Notes: generated by a model not told the origin, from the letters alone. DNA of 64,000 nucleotides from an uncultured Bacteriovoracaceae bacterium (GCA_964538275.1 CAZIFW010000006.1:5826-69825), one strand, 5' to 3'. Positions 18,365-28,236 are shown, counted from the stretch's first letter. Program-made: numbers and translations.

Positions 18365-19822
18365 TTAGGATTTTGAAGAATAAATTGTTTTGTGAGGGGC
18401 GCAAAATGCCCATGTAATGGCGGGGGCTTCGGCTCCAAGTCCCGCGAGCCCGCGACCTCCGTAAGGGAGGGCATCTATGCGCACAGAACTGGGAGCATTT
18501 AAGCTGATTCCGCCGTAATCTAAATTTTTCGCTTCAGAGAGAGTGCTTTCGTCTGATGAAAAGACTCCACATTGCAAACGATGCGGAAGCGCATTTGCAA
18601 ATTCTGTAAAGTGAGCAAAGTCTTTGGCTTTTATTAAATTTAATACGGGAGCAAAGATTTCTTCTTTGAGAAGTTTTTCCGAAGGATTCTCTACAAGAGT
18701 GGGTGCTACAAAGTTGGGAATCTCTACGCCATTACTTCTGTGTAAAGTAGCGCCTTGTTTTTTAGCGTCGCTAAGAATTTTTTCAATACGATTTTGAGAT
18801 TCTTCATCAATCACACTGGAGCAGAGAGTTTTTTCGTCCCAAGTTTTTCCAATTGCAAAATTTTGCGTGAATTCCTGCATGAGCGAACGCGCTTCCTCAA
18901 AGTGATCTTGATGAACAAAAAGATTTTGCGCAGAAATACAACTTTGTCCGGCAAAAGAATAAGCACTTGCCGCTATAGCTTGTAGGGCTTTTTTGAACTT
19001 TTCGCCTTCAAGTTTTTCAATGTAAATCGGAGCTGCTCCGCCGAGTTCTAGAACGCAGGGACCACGGAATTTTTTTTGAATATCCCAGCCCACCTGAGCC
19101 GACCCTGTGAAACTCACAGCTTCTACGCGGGGGTCCTCTAAAAGTTTCCAAAAACATTCGTGATTCATGGGTAAAAAAGCCAAGAGACCTGCGGGTAATT
19201 TTGCGGCGTGAAGGATGTCAACAAGAGCGAGACCGCTCAGTTGCCCCTTAGAGGACGGTCTCCAAACAAAGGGAGCTCCTGCCAAAATAGCGGGCGCAAT
19301 TTTATGAAGGCTTAAGTTGAGGGGGAAATTAAAGGGGGTGGCACCCACAATAATTTTTCGTGGAACAGGAAAACTGTGACCTTTAAGACTCGCAGTTGGA
19401 GGCGCATGCATGTCGAGTGGGGAGTTTAAAAGTTTTTGTCCCCATTCAAGAGTGGCGTCCAAAGTAAGAACGCAACGTTCGCATTCAACCCGCGCGAGGG
19501 ACAGAGGTTTGTGAACCTCCATTGAAAGTATTTGCACTAAGTTATCGAAATTCTTTAAAAATTCAGCTCTAACTCGCTTCAGGCACTCGATGCGTTCAAC
19601 AAGTGGAAAGTAACCCTTTAAGATTTGATTGTGAGTTAGAAGCATCCCCTCAAGGCTTTGCTCAAGAGTTTGCAGGTCTTCTGGGGAGCTGGAGAGTTGA
19701 CTCAGTTCCCAGCTTTCAAAATTTTGAAGAAGCGGATTCCAGAGTTTTTTTAGATAAAAGCTTTCTGGTCCGTTCAAGCTCAAGAAGTGTCCCAAGGTGT
19801 AAATGCCCAAACGTCTAGCCAT
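18365..19822 (-). CDS. NAD(P)-dependent aldehyde dehydrogenase family protein.
   Basis: ALDH motifs VLELGGAAP and FAGQSCISAQNLFVH (catalytic Cys). The track ORF extends to 20017 and would then overlap the divergent gene at 19978. I chose the start MARRLGIYTLGH… at 19822 for ALDH-typical length; this is uncertain. Confidence 0.75.
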   Translation of the reverse strand: MARRLGIYTLGHFLSLNGPESFYLKKLWNPLLQNFESWELSQLSSSPEDLQTLEQSLEGMLLTHNQILKGYFPLVERIECLKRVRAEFLKNFDNLVQILSMEVHKPLSLARVECERCVLTLDATLEWGQKLLNSPLDMHAPPTASLKGHSFPVPRKIIVGATPFNFPLNLSLHKIAPAILAGAPFVWRPSSKGQLSGLALVDILHAAKLPAGLLAFLPMNHECFWKLLEDPRVEAVSFTGSAQVGWDIQKKFRGPCVLELGGAAPIYIEKLEGEKFKKALQAIAASAYSFAGQSCISAQNLFVHQDHFEEARSLMQEFTQNFAIGKTWDEKTLCSSVIDEESQNRIEKILSDAKKQGATLHRSNGVEIPNFVAPTLVENPSEKLLKEEIFAPVLNLIKAKDFAHFTEFANALPHRLQCGVFSSDESTLSEAKNLDYGGISLNAPSSVRIDALPYGGRGLAGLGAEAPAITWAFCAPHKTIYSSKS

Positions 19823-19977
19823 TAAAGGGCATTTAAACCCTTGTTGGGGCCAATTACAATTACACTCAAACACTCTCATGGGTGGATGTGGCATGCATAG
19901 CAAGGCAAAGTGCTGGCCGCGCCTTATATTCCTAGATAATTCGAGCATATCGCGATAAAATACCCTTTGGACATTCC

Positions 19978-20859
19978 ATGCTTGCACCAGACACACTCGA
20001 GAAGACGCTCGAATCACTCACAGCCTTTTTGAAACAGGTCGAAGATCCATCTAAAGATGATTGGGATCCTATAGAGTTAGGAATGTGGGTTGCTAAGCTT
20101 GAATACCCTGCACTCGACGTGCCTGCCCAAGTTAAAATATTTCGCGAAACTTTAAAAACTGCTCTTTCTGAGTTTCCAAAAGAGGCTTCAGTAAAAGATA
20201 AGTCTAAATTTGTTCTCACTATTTATCGCGACATCCTAGGTTTTCAGGGTGATACAACAAATTATTACAACGTTAAAAACTCATTTATGAACGATGTGTT
20301 GGTTCGCCGCAAAGGGATTCCTATCACATTAAGTTTAGTCTTTATGGAAATGTGTCGCGCGGTTGAACTTAAAGCAGCGGGCATTAGTTTTCCTGGTCAC
20401 TTTTTAGTTAAAATCTTGGATCAAGATCAAGATAAAGATCACGACGAAGAGTGGTTTGTTGATACCTTTGATGGTGCAAAGATTTTGAGTCTTGAAGAAT
20501 GTAAACAGCGTCTTGAAACTTGGACAAAAGGCATGATTCCTTTTGGTCCCGAAGCTTTAAAAATTGCTCATCCGCGCGAAATCGTTTCTAGAATGTTGCG
20601 TAACTTGCGAGCTATTTATTTTGAAAAAGAAGATCTCACACGTTTGTATTGGGTGCTGACGGCTCTTGCAGAACTTTGCCCACAAGAACGCGTTGAATCT
20701 TTACGTGAACGAGCATTCCTCTTTGCACGTATGGGCCGATACCGAGCTGCCATACAAGATCTTCGTACCGTTATTAAATCTTCTTCGAGTTTGCATAATC
20801 GCGACCATCTAGAGAAGATTTTGCGCTACTTTGAGCTTCAAAAAGAAGTTACCAATTAG
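19978..20859 (+). CDS. Transglutaminase-like/TPR protein (SirB1/YchA-like family).
   Basis: Conserved core VLVRRKGIPITLSLVFMEMCRAVELKAAGISFPGHFLVKI followed by a helical TPR-like C-terminal half. Confidence 0.6.
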   Translation: MLAPDTLEKTLESLTAFLKQVEDPSKDDWDPIELGMWVAKLEYPALDVPAQVKIFRETLKTALSEFPKEASVKDKSKFVLTIYRDILGFQGDTTNYYNVKNSFMNDVLVRRKGIPITLSLVFMEMCRAVELKAAGISFPGHFLVKILDQDQDKDHDEEWFVDTFDGAKILSLEECKQRLETWTKGMIPFGPEALKIAHPREIVSRMLRNLRAIYFEKEDLTRLYWVLTALAELCPQERVESLRERAFLFARMGRYRAAIQDLRTVIKSSSSLHNRDHLEKILRYFELQKEVTN

Positions 20860-20928
20860 ACTTTAAATTAAACAAATATTTACCAAAGCTTCATATTTCT
20901 ATGATTTGAACGGGTTCAAAATAGAAGC

Positions 20929-21351
20929 ATGTTTAACAAGATATCAAAATTAGTCTTTGCCGTTTTTTTCTGTATGCCTCTTTTTGCAGAGGAAGAAGCA
21001 GCCCCCCTTCAAAATAATGAAAACGTTTCGGTTGAAGATCAAAAAGATCGGATTCAAGAAAACGTTGGAGAAAGAAAAGAAAAACGAGAAGAGCGTAGAG
21101 AGCTTAGACAAGAAAAAAGAAAAGAGCGTCAAGCTAATCGTCAGGAGCGTAGGGAACTTCGCCAAGAAAACCGTAAAGAACGAAGAGAAAATAGACAAGA
21201 AAATCGTCAAGAACGAAGAGAAGATCGCCAGGAAAATCGACAAGCAAGACAAGAAAGCCGCGAGGGGCGGCAAATTGCTCGACAAGCTAGTCGTCAAGAG
21301 AACAGGTCTCTTCGACAGAGCGATCGTCAATCGAGACGATCCGGCAGATAA
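20929..21351 (+). CDS. Secreted low-complexity protein built from ERRE/NRQE charged repeats.
   Basis: Signal peptide MFNKISKLVFAVFFCMPLFA|EEE, then about 90 aa of …ERRELRQEKRKERQANRQERRELRQENRKERRENRQENRQERREDRQENRQ…, encoded by degenerate tandem DNA repeats. Confidence 0.5.
   Translation: MFNKISKLVFAVFFCMPLFAEEEAAPLQNNENVSVEDQKDRIQENVGERKEKREERRELRQEKRKERQANRQERRELRQENRKERRENRQENRQERREDRQENRQARQESREGRQIARQASRQENRSLRQSDRQSRRSGR
21060..21330 (+). repeat. Degenerate 15–18 nt tandem repeats (cgtcaagaacgaagagaa-like) inside the CDS at 20929-21351.
   Basis: Direct repetition of caagaaaa(c/t)cg(t/a)ca(a/g)gaacg units is visible in the DNA. The resulting biased composition creates spurious overlapping ORFs in all three local frames. 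Confidence 0.6.
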
Positions 21352-21359
21352 GATTCATT

Positions 21360-22124
21360 TTATTCGTTTTGAAGTTTAATTATTAAACTTGTCACTAAGA
21401 GCACTACAACCACAACAAGAATGGGGCGTACAATTTTAGAAGTATGCTTGCTTGCGGCCTGACTTCCAAAAAAAGCTCCCACCACCATAGCGGCCCCTGT
21501 TGTGAGGCCAAGTTTCCAGTGCACATAACCTCCTAAAGAAAAGCTCACGAGTGCTGTACCTGCAGAAAAGGTATTCGCTAATTTAGAAAGTGTAAGAGCG
21601 TGAAGGAGTGGAAGCTTTGCCACTAAAAGCAGGGCAAGGAGCATAAAGGTTCCGCCTCCTGGCCCAAAGGCACCATCATAAGCTCCCACAAAAAAAGCCG
21701 AAGAAAATGCCGCAAGACTTAAGTTTTTAGGAGCGCGGATGCGTTCTTTGATCAAAAGATCTTTTTTAAAAATAATCCAAAGAATGACAGGGCTCATTAA
21801 GAGAAGACCCCAGGCAAAATACTGAGGTGGGATAAAAGGAGTAATCTTGGAGCCAGACCAGCTACCAAGGGCAATGACTAGACAGAAGCTCATTCCTTCT
21901 TTGATGTTGATTTTGTTATGGCGCTGATAAATTAAGAAGGCGGTGAAAGCGCCCAAGGTACCTACAATCTTATTGGTGCCCACTGCATGAGCGGGATCGA
22001 TGAGGTTGAGGGTAAGAAACGGCAAGGTTATAAGCCCACCGCCACCGGCGATGGCATCAATAAATCCGGCCACAAGGCCTACAAGGAGAGCGCTAAGCAC
22101 CTCTGGATAGATATCCTTAGTCAC
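21360..22124 (-). CDS. TauE/SafE (DUF81) family sulfite/anion exporter-like membrane protein.
   Basis: Two-repeat 4+4 TM layout with the glycine-rich motifs GFIDAIAGGGGLITLP and GAYDGAFGPGGGTFM. Confidence 0.8.
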   Translation of the reverse strand: MTKDIYPEVLSALLVGLVAGFIDAIAGGGGLITLPFLTLNLIDPAHAVGTNKIVGTLGAFTAFLIYQRHNKINIKEGMSFCLVIALGSWSGSKITPFIPPQYFAWGLLLMSPVILWIIFKKDLLIKERIRAPKNLSLAAFSSAFFVGAYDGAFGPGGGTFMLLALLLVAKLPLLHALTLSKLANTFSAGTALVSFSLGGYVHWKLGLTTGAAMVVGAFFGSQAASKHTSKIVRPILVVVVVLLVTSLIIKLQNE

Positions 22125-22187
22125 CTTTACGGTCTATTGAATTAACTCGACATAAATAGCCCGAATGGCTACCTTTTAGTTCGTTTT

Positions 22188-23156
22188 ATGGCATCCAAAA
22201 CTAAAAGCAAAAAAGTCACAAAATCACCCGCAAAAACTCCTACTAAGAAAACAATTCTAACTGCGCCCAAGACACTCGCTATGCCCAGCTTTGAATTGAA
22301 AGTGGGTTTGGCAGAGATGCTTCGCGGAGGCGTGATTATGGATGTTGTAACTCCAGAGCAAGCAAAAATTGCAGAAGCCTCAGGCGCGGTAGCGGTGATG
22401 GCTCTTGAGCGCGTACCTTCTGATATTCGCAAAGAAGGTGGAGTGGCGCGTATGAGCCCTCCAGAACTTGTAGAAAAAATTATGAAAGCTGTGAGCATTC
22501 CTGTCATGGCGAAATGTCGCATTGGCCACTTCGCAGAAGCACAAGTGCTGGAAGCCATCGGTGTAGACTTTATCGATGAGAGCGAAGTGCTTACTCCTGC
22601 TGACGATGAATTTCATATTGCAAAAAATAACTTCCGCGTTCCATTTGTTTGCGGATGCAAAAACTTAGGTGAAGCGCTTCGTCGTATTGGCGAAGGTGCT
22701 GCTCTTATTCGCACTAAAGGTGAGCCAGGAACTGGAAACGTTGTTGAAGCGGTAAGACACCTTCGTCAAATCAATCAAGATATTAAACGCGTGATGATGC
22801 TCGATGAGAGCGAGCTCATGACCGAAGCCAAAAACTTAGGAGCTCCTTACGAACTTCTTTTGAAAGTTCGAAAATATGGAAAACTTCCAGTGCCTAACTT
22901 TGCAGCAGGTGGCGTAGCAACTCCCGCTGACGCAGCCCTTTGTATGCAACTCGGAGCTGAAACTGTGTTCGTAGGATCGGGAATTTTTAAATCTGATTCT
23001 CCCGAAAAGTTTGCACGCGCAATTGTTCGTGCGGTGGCTGGCTTTGACCGTCCAGAAGAAGTGCTTGCAGCATCTAAGGGATTATCTGCAGCGATGCGTG
23101 GTCTTGAAATCAAAACCATTCCTGAATCTGAAAAAATGTCAGAACGCGGTTGGTAA
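22188..23156 (+). CDS. pdxS: Pyridoxal 5'-phosphate synthase lyase subunit PdxS, with a ~30-aa Lys-rich N-terminal tail.
   Basis: Core …[50 protein letters not shown]…. N-terminal tail [28 protein letters not shown]. An alternative start at M32 (nt 22281) would remove the tail. Confidence 0.9.
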   Translation: MASKTKSKKVTKSPAKTPTKKTILTAPKTLAMPSFELKVGLAEMLRGGVIMDVVTPEQAKIAEASGAVAVMALERVPSDIRKEGGVARMSPPELVEKIMKAVSIPVMAKCRIGHFAEAQVLEAIGVDFIDESEVLTPADDEFHIAKNNFRVPFVCGCKNLGEALRRIGEGAALIRTKGEPGTGNVVEAVRHLRQINQDIKRVMMLDESELMTEAKNLGAPYELLLKVRKYGKLPVPNFAAGGVATPADAALCMQLGAETVFVGSGIFKSDSPEKFARAIVRAVAGFDRPEEVLAASKGLSAAMRGLEIKTIPESEKMSERGW

Positions 23157-23187
23157 TTCCTAGCTTAGTCTTGAAAAGAGTTGATAG

Positions 23188-23730
23188 ATGCGCGTAGGAA
23201 TTTTAGCCGTCCAAGGTTGCGTAGAGCCCCACAGAAAACATGTTGAAGCCTTAGGTGCACAACTCGTTGAAGTTCGTCGCAGCGAAGATTTTGAATCCAT
23301 TGATGCCTTGATACTTCCCGGGGGTGAGAGCACCACCATGCTTAAGCTCATTGAACATTTTGGAATTTGGGATGACCTCTTGAAAGCTTCCAAAGTAATT
23401 CCTTTTTGGGGAATCTGCGCCGGAAGTATTTTGATGGCAAAAAAAGTTTCTGATCCTGCTCAAAAATCTTTGGGCATTATGGACATCGACATTCAACGCA
23501 ATGGCTATGGACGTCAGTTAGACAGTGCACAAGTGAAGTTAAACAACTACGAAGTGGCTTTTATACGCGCCCCTATAGTGTCTCGCTCGGGTGAAGAGTG
23601 CGATGTGCTTGCACGCTACAAGGGCGATCCTGTTTGGATTCAAGAAGGCATGCATATGATTTCTACCTTTCATGCAGAGCTTAACACTGAAGCTCCCTCT
23701 CCTTTTCATCGTGCTTTTTTAGTTCTTTAA
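23188..23730 (+). CDS. pdxT: Pyridoxal 5'-phosphate synthase glutaminase subunit PdxT.
   Basis: MRVGILAVQGCVEPH…LILPGGESTTM…GICAG… with the class-I GATase Cys triad context. Confidence 0.9.
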   Translation: MRVGILAVQGCVEPHRKHVEALGAQLVEVRRSEDFESIDALILPGGESTTMLKLIEHFGIWDDLLKASKVIPFWGICAGSILMAKKVSDPAQKSLGIMDIDIQRNGYGRQLDSAQVKLNNYEVAFIRAPIVSRSGEECDVLARYKGDPVWIQEGMHMISTFHAELNTEAPSPFHRAFLVL

Positions 23731-23733
23731 CTT

Positions 23734-24711
23734 TTATTTTGATGAATCGTTAAAACCCATGAGATGAAAACCTAGGGTAGGCCAGTTCTCATCCTTCATC
23801 CGAGCCTGAATGTAGTCTTCGAATTTAACATCGCCCGTTACTTTGGCTTCACTGCTTGCATGGCGGAGGTAGAGTTCCCCGTCTTTTTCTATAATAAAAC
23901 CTTGGTGTGTAACCATAACGAAGGTCTCTTTGGTTGATCGTTCATTCTTTACTAAATTAAAAAGAACCACGCGTTCTTCCAAGAGCTTCTCCTTGACGGA
24001 ATTTTCTAGAAGATTTTTCAAAGGGACATATTTAAGTTTGCCTAGTTCGCTGACTACTTGGTTGGGGCCGATTTGTTTGAGTTCTCTTTTTTTGGCATCG
24101 TAGCGGGGATCTTGCGGATCTAGGGCATCAATTTTTTCATTTAGCCAAGCCTGTGTATCAATCCATTTTCTGCGCTCAGGAGCATCGGCAAAAAATTCTG
24201 TGGTGATATCGCGTAAGAATCCTTTTTTAATAACGTTCGGTACCCAGTGTAGAGATGTAAAATGATTGCGATTGCTGTAGCAAACTTCGTTTGCATTACA
24301 GTACTTGATTTCGCGAAAGGTTTTTAAAAAGTCGCTAAATTCTGCAGAAGAATTAGAAAGACTCATGGCTAAAACAACTTCAACAAAAGTTGTGCAGTCA
24401 AAAACGTCTAAGCGGGTGAGGGGTTTGGTATCATAAGCACCAAAGGCACTTTCGCCGCAAGGGCCCCACTCAAAGGGACGGTCAAGAAGGGCTTCGCTTA
24501 CGAACAAAAGTCGATCGCGCTTTTCTTCGATATCTGCGGACTTTTTAAGAAGAAATTTAATCTCTTCTACGCTTTCACTGGGAATGGCATTTAGAGCTGA
24601 GCTTATTGAGAGCAGGTTTAGGATTAGGAAGGGGTGACTGAGCTTCTTAAGGAATGCCATATTGTGCAGCGCATAATACAGGTCCATGCACTGAGGGTCA
24701 AGAATTCTCAT
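23734..24711 (-). CDS. DUF1460-like (amidase/transglutaminase-like fold) protein.
   Basis: Signal-like N-terminus. Motif RLDVFDCTTFVEVVLAMSL resembles the conserved DC(S/T)xFVE core of DUF1460 proteins. Assigned from memory, with low certainty. Confidence 0.4.
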   Translation of the reverse strand: MRILDPQCMDLYYALHNMAFLKKLSHPFLILNLLSISSALNAIPSESVEEIKFLLKKSADIEEKRDRLLFVSEALLDRPFEWGPCGESAFGAYDTKPLTRLDVFDCTTFVEVVLAMSLSNSSAEFSDFLKTFREIKYCNANEVCYSNRNHFTSLHWVPNVIKKGFLRDITTEFFADAPERRKWIDTQAWLNEKIDALDPQDPRYDAKKRELKQIGPNQVVSELGKLKYVPLKNLLENSVKEKLLEERVVLFNLVKNERSTKETFVMVTHQGFIIEKDGELYLRHASSEAKVTGDVKFEDYIQARMKDENWPTLGFHLMGFNDSSK

Positions 24712-24757
24712 TGGCTCTTAAATCAACTTAAAATGGCAGCTGAGCTTTGGTGACTCG

Positions 24758-25498
24758 GTGCATGGTGGGTATAAGGCTCTTATGGTGCAATTCAAAAAGG
24801 CTTTAACTGTATTTTCTTTTTCACTGGCATTTGCCCTCAGCGCTGAAGGCGTTCAGGAGGGAAAACTTGGGGATTATCCCGAGCTGCTGGCACAGTACGA
24901 AGAGAAGGTTTTGGATTCCTTATCCGCTATGGCAGATAAAATTATCATTAGCGCATGGATGAGTCTGTCTAAAAATAATGTTGAAGCTTTTAATAATTTT
25001 TTGGGTGGATCACTCAAAGATGAACTCGCTGACAAAGATAAGTTCGAGACCTTTAAAGATTCTATGGGTCTCGATGCAGCCGACGGGCCATGGAACTCTG
25101 CTGTCGTAGGAGTTGAACTTTTAAAGGGAGAAGAAGATAAGCAAAATCTTAGTATGTTAGTTCTGATCGAATATCTTCCCGAAAATGACCCAGCTAAGAG
25201 GGTGATGTATCGAATTGTGCTTCAAGGGCCAATAACTGCCAAGGAGGGCGAAGTCATTAAAGATGATTTTGCTGCCATGAATAGAACAGAAGTTAAAAAC
25301 CTTAAAATAGTTCAAATTGAGTCGAGTAAAAAAGCAGCAAAGCTAAGCCCGCTTGAAGAAAGCATAATGAAAGAAGCAGGAGTGAGTGGTTTGGAAAATA
25401 TCCCGACGCTACAGATTGATCCAGAATCGCTCGAAGAGCCCCAACAAAAGCCTTCAAGTAAAAAGCCTATGAATGGAGCTCGTTACGACCAGGCTTAG
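24758..25498 (+). CDS. Hypothetical secreted protein.
   Basis: Signal peptide. The likely real start is MVQFKKALTVFSFSLAFALSA at about 24782. Acidic, with no known domain. Confidence 0.45.
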   Translation: MHGGYKALMVQFKKALTVFSFSLAFALSAEGVQEGKLGDYPELLAQYEEKVLDSLSAMADKIIISAWMSLSKNNVEAFNNFLGGSLKDELADKDKFETFKDSMGLDAADGPWNSAVVGVELLKGEEDKQNLSMLVLIEYLPENDPAKRVMYRIVLQGPITAKEGEVIKDDFAAMNRTEVKNLKIVQIESSKKAAKLSPLEESIMKEAGVSGLENIPTLQIDPESLEEPQQKPSSKKPMNGARYDQA

Positions 25499-25510
25499 GC
25501 GTTGGATGCT

Positions 25511-26227
25511 TTAGAAATAGAACTTTAAGAAAGCTTTGCTGAAAATCCCTTTTAGGTATTCCGCTTGTTCTACGGGTTTGCCATCTACGTTATCAAAAGT
25601 TTTTTCGCCAAGCTTGTTCATCGCATAGCCCACTTGGAAGTGAAGTGAAGCGCCTTCGCCCCAGCTCCATCCTGCTCCGCCTGCAATATGACCGCGATAG
25701 AAAGGGCCGCTTTGCTTTTGAGTCTCACGAGGACTTTTGTAAGCTGTAATTGTGATATCTCCTAGAGCTGCACCTAAGGCAAGTTCGGCTTCGGGAGCCC
25801 ATCCCTTTTTAATCCAACGATAACGAACAATACCCATAATAGGAATAAGACGGTACTTGGCTTCATCGTAGATTTTAGATCCGTTGATTCCAAAATCTCT
25901 AAAGTTTTGAGTCTTGAAATAGTCCAAACCTGCAGAGAGTCCGATTTCGATATTGCGAGTAATTCCGTAAGAAGCTTCAAGTCCAAATCCTAGAGGAATT
26001 TGGAAACGCATTTCTTGTCGGGCACCTTCAGACTCAGAAGTGTAGGGACTGCTAAATGGATAAATTGTTTCTGTGTAAAAACCTACTCCAAAAACACCTT
26101 TGCCTCCGATGGGAGTTACAGCATCTGCAGCATTTGCAGTGGCTTGAAAGCGTGGAGTTTCTTGAGCCCAAGCTGTTGAAATCAAAAGCAGTCCGAGACT
26201 AACGATACGTGCGCGGTGAAATCCCAT
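25511..26227 (-). CDS. Outer-membrane beta-barrel protein (OmpA/OmpW-like small porin fold).
   Basis: Signal peptide, alternating hydrophobic beta-strand pattern rich in Gly/Tyr, and a C-terminal …FLKFYF aromatic terminus. Confidence 0.55.
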   Translation of the reverse strand: MGFHRARIVSLGLLLISTAWAQETPRFQATANAADAVTPIGGKGVFGVGFYTETIYPFSSPYTSESEGARQEMRFQIPLGFGLEASYGITRNIEIGLSAGLDYFKTQNFRDFGINGSKIYDEAKYRLIPIMGIVRYRWIKKGWAPEAELALGAALGDITITAYKSPRETQKQSGPFYRGHIAGGAGWSWGEGASLHFQVGYAMNKLGEKTFDNVDGKPVEQAEYLKGIFSKAFLKFYF

Positions 26228-26307
26228 GTCTCAAGGATAAGCCATGCATTGCCACAGGGCACGAGGCTCCTTGTCATGAATTTGTCGCTACACGGGAGGG
26301 GGCTTTA

Positions 26308-26799
26308 TCAAAGCTTACATTCTTGCTGCTTGTTGGAATTTGCCCAAAATTTGGCAGCCTTTTGGTCGTAGCACCATCCGGCACTTGAGTTGGCCTCAAT
26401 TCCAAGGCAAGGGTTTTCTGGAATATAAGTACAAGCAGTGACTGCTTGGCTAACTTTAAATGGATTGTGTGGGATTTTGTCGCTTAAAAATTGTTTTTCA
26501 TTTGAAGTGGGAATTTGAGCGTTACGACAAGGAGCGTTTTTTCCGTGAGTGATGTCGTTTGAATTGAGTTGTTCAACATGAATGGGGGTTTCAAGTGTGG
26601 CCCCACAGCGGATAAGCATATTCATTTTTTGGAGCTCTAGGCTGGTCCTGACTGCGCCTAGTATACCTTGAGTGCTTGCGGTACGAGCAGTGTTTTCGAG
26701 TTGAGTAAATTGAGGCAAAACGCCTGCGCTGAGCGAAGAAAAAATTACCAGAGATGAAATAGTTTCAAGAGTAGAAAAACCTTTCTTCGTTTGAGTCAT
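26308..26799 (-). CDS. Type IV pilin / T2SS pseudopilin-like protein.
   Basis: Class-III signal KKG|FSTLETISSLVIFSSLSAGVL with Glu at +5. Four Cys in the C-terminal globular part. Confidence 0.55.
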   Translation of the reverse strand: MTQTKKGFSTLETISSLVIFSSLSAGVLPQFTQLENTARTASTQGILGAVRTSLELQKMNMLIRCGATLETPIHVEQLNSNDITHGKNAPCRNAQIPTSNEKQFLSDKIPHNPFKVSQAVTACTYIPENPCLGIEANSSAGWCYDQKAAKFWANSNKQQECKL

Positions 26800-26925
26800 A
26801 AGTTAATTTTAGCAATTAGATTGTTAAGATTTGGTTAATAAAATTGTAAAGATTCGCATTTAAAAGCTTATTTTTTAATTCACTCAACAGAAGATAGACA
26901 CAGCTTCACTCAATGAAGAGAAAAA

Positions 26926-27507
26926 CTACCACTGAATCGTTTTATTGTTTTCAATCCATTTTAGAATTTCCTTGCTGGCAACAAAAGAAATCCCATGAAA
27001 GATAACTCGTTTTCTGTCGTTGTTAGCACTCAATATTCGAGCTTCAAAACTAACATCTAACATTGTTTTTTTATCAGTAAGGTGTACGGTGCAATAAGTG
27101 AAAGGTAGGCTTTCGGGAACAGCTTCTTTTAAGAGTGCGCCACCTGCTGAAAGATTTAAAGTTTCAACTTTAAAACTCATATCGTTTTTCTTAAATTCAA
27201 TGCTAACTTTACAATCCAAACGAAAATGCTTTCGACGTTCAGCTTCACGTTTTTCCTCTCGAATGATTTTAATGGAATCTTGAATAGCGGCCTTTTCTTT
27301 AGGGCTACTTGTGAAGAGCGTATTGTGAGCAATGAACTCGGGTGGTTGATCGTTCTTTTGGATAAACCACGTTGCTTGCTCGTCAGGACTAAGCATTGCT
27401 AAAAAAAAGTGGGCAGAATCTTCGCCTAAGACTTTTATTTTTACGCGTTCATCACTCGAGCTACTAAAACACCACACACTTGTATCTTCTTGAGTCATAC
27501 AGAGCAT
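26926..27507 (-). CDS. PilZ-domain (c-di-GMP-binding) protein.
   Basis: RRKHFRLDCKVSIEF (RxxxR) and LSAGGALL (D/NxSxGG) PilZ motifs in the C-terminal half. Confidence 0.65.
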   Translation of the reverse strand: MLCMTQEDTSVWCFSSSSDERVKIKVLGEDSAHFFLAMLSPDEQATWFIQKNDQPPEFIAHNTLFTSSPKEKAAIQDSIKIIREEKREAERRKHFRLDCKVSIEFKKNDMSFKVETLNLSAGGALLKEAVPESLPFTYCTVHLTDKKTMLDVSFEARILSANNDRKRVIFHGISFVASKEILKWIENNKTIQW

Positions 27508-27601
27508 TTATCGGTGTTTGGGACAAAAAATGTATACAGTGTCTAACGTTTATTCGACACTTTTGTTCTGTAAAGTACTTATAACTTAATCTGATAATAT
27601 T

Positions 27602-28225
27602 TTGACTCGGCATTCATTTTGCACACATGCAAGCATGAAAAAGTTGCCCGTGCGTGGAAAGAATCAGTTTGCTTTGAGGGTTTCCTCTGGTTTCAATCAA
27701 GGAGCCTTAATTACCCTCTCTAAAAAGAAGTCGGTGCTTGGCCGTAGCTTCAGAGCAGCAGTTCCTTTAGAAGACGAAAAAGCTTCTCGAGAGCACACGC
27801 AAATCCTAAACGAAAACGGAAAGTTTTACGTTTCTGATATGGGCTCTACCAACGGCACCTATTTAAATAATGAATTAATTTCTGCTCGCCGCGAACTCAA
27901 AGCAGGCGATCTCATTCGTATTGGAAGCAGCGTGTTTCGTTTTGAAACTCTAAGCTCTAAAGGAATGGAACTCAGTGAACGTTGGAAAAACGCTACCAGT
28001 GTTATCCCACGAGCAAGCTTTAGTTTTGAAGAGCTTTCTAAAATTCAACCTGACAAGTATCGTTTTATTAAACGCAATGTTCGTAAGATTCGTCGAGCAG
28101 TCGATTATTTACATACATTAACTCTGAGTGAAATGGAATTGTTTTTTGTGAAGTTAGAACTTGGTGCTACCAAGTTTTTCTTCAAATTTCACAAAACCCT
28201 CGAACGCATGCGTATTTTGAAATAA
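27602..28225 (+). CDS. FHA-domain protein.
   Basis: FHA core LGRSFRAAVPLEDEKASREHTQILNENGKFYVSDMGSTNGTYLNNELI (GR…SR.H…G..y.l.DlgStNGT). The probable true start is MKKLPVRGK at 27635. Confidence 0.7.
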   Translation: MTRHSFCTHASMKKLPVRGKNQFALRVSSGFNQGALITLSKKKSVLGRSFRAAVPLEDEKASREHTQILNENGKFYVSDMGSTNGTYLNNELISARRELKAGDLIRIGSSVFRFETLSSKGMELSERWKNATSVIPRASFSFEELSKIQPDKYRFIKRNVRKIRRAVDYLHTLTLSEMELFFVKLELGATKFFFKFHKTLERMRILK

Positions 28226-28236
28226 CTCGATTAGAC

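Noticed and set aside
18365-20017. Full 550-aa track ORF for the aldehyde dehydrogenase, including the N-terminal 65 aa (MIRASSRVCLVQAWN…)
   Set aside because: The extension has no ALDH homology and is Cys/Trp-rich. It would overlap the divergently transcribed gene at 19978. An internal start (19822) gives a canonical-length ALDH.
20950-21379. Two additional track ORFs (20957-21379 on the plus strand, 20950-21330 on the minus strand) overlapping the ERRE/NRQE-repeat gene
   Set aside because: They are frame-shadows of the low-complexity tandem repeat (poly-K/E and poly-F/L translations of the same purine-rich repeat). Only the frame with a signal peptide and a consistent repeat (20929-21351) is credible.
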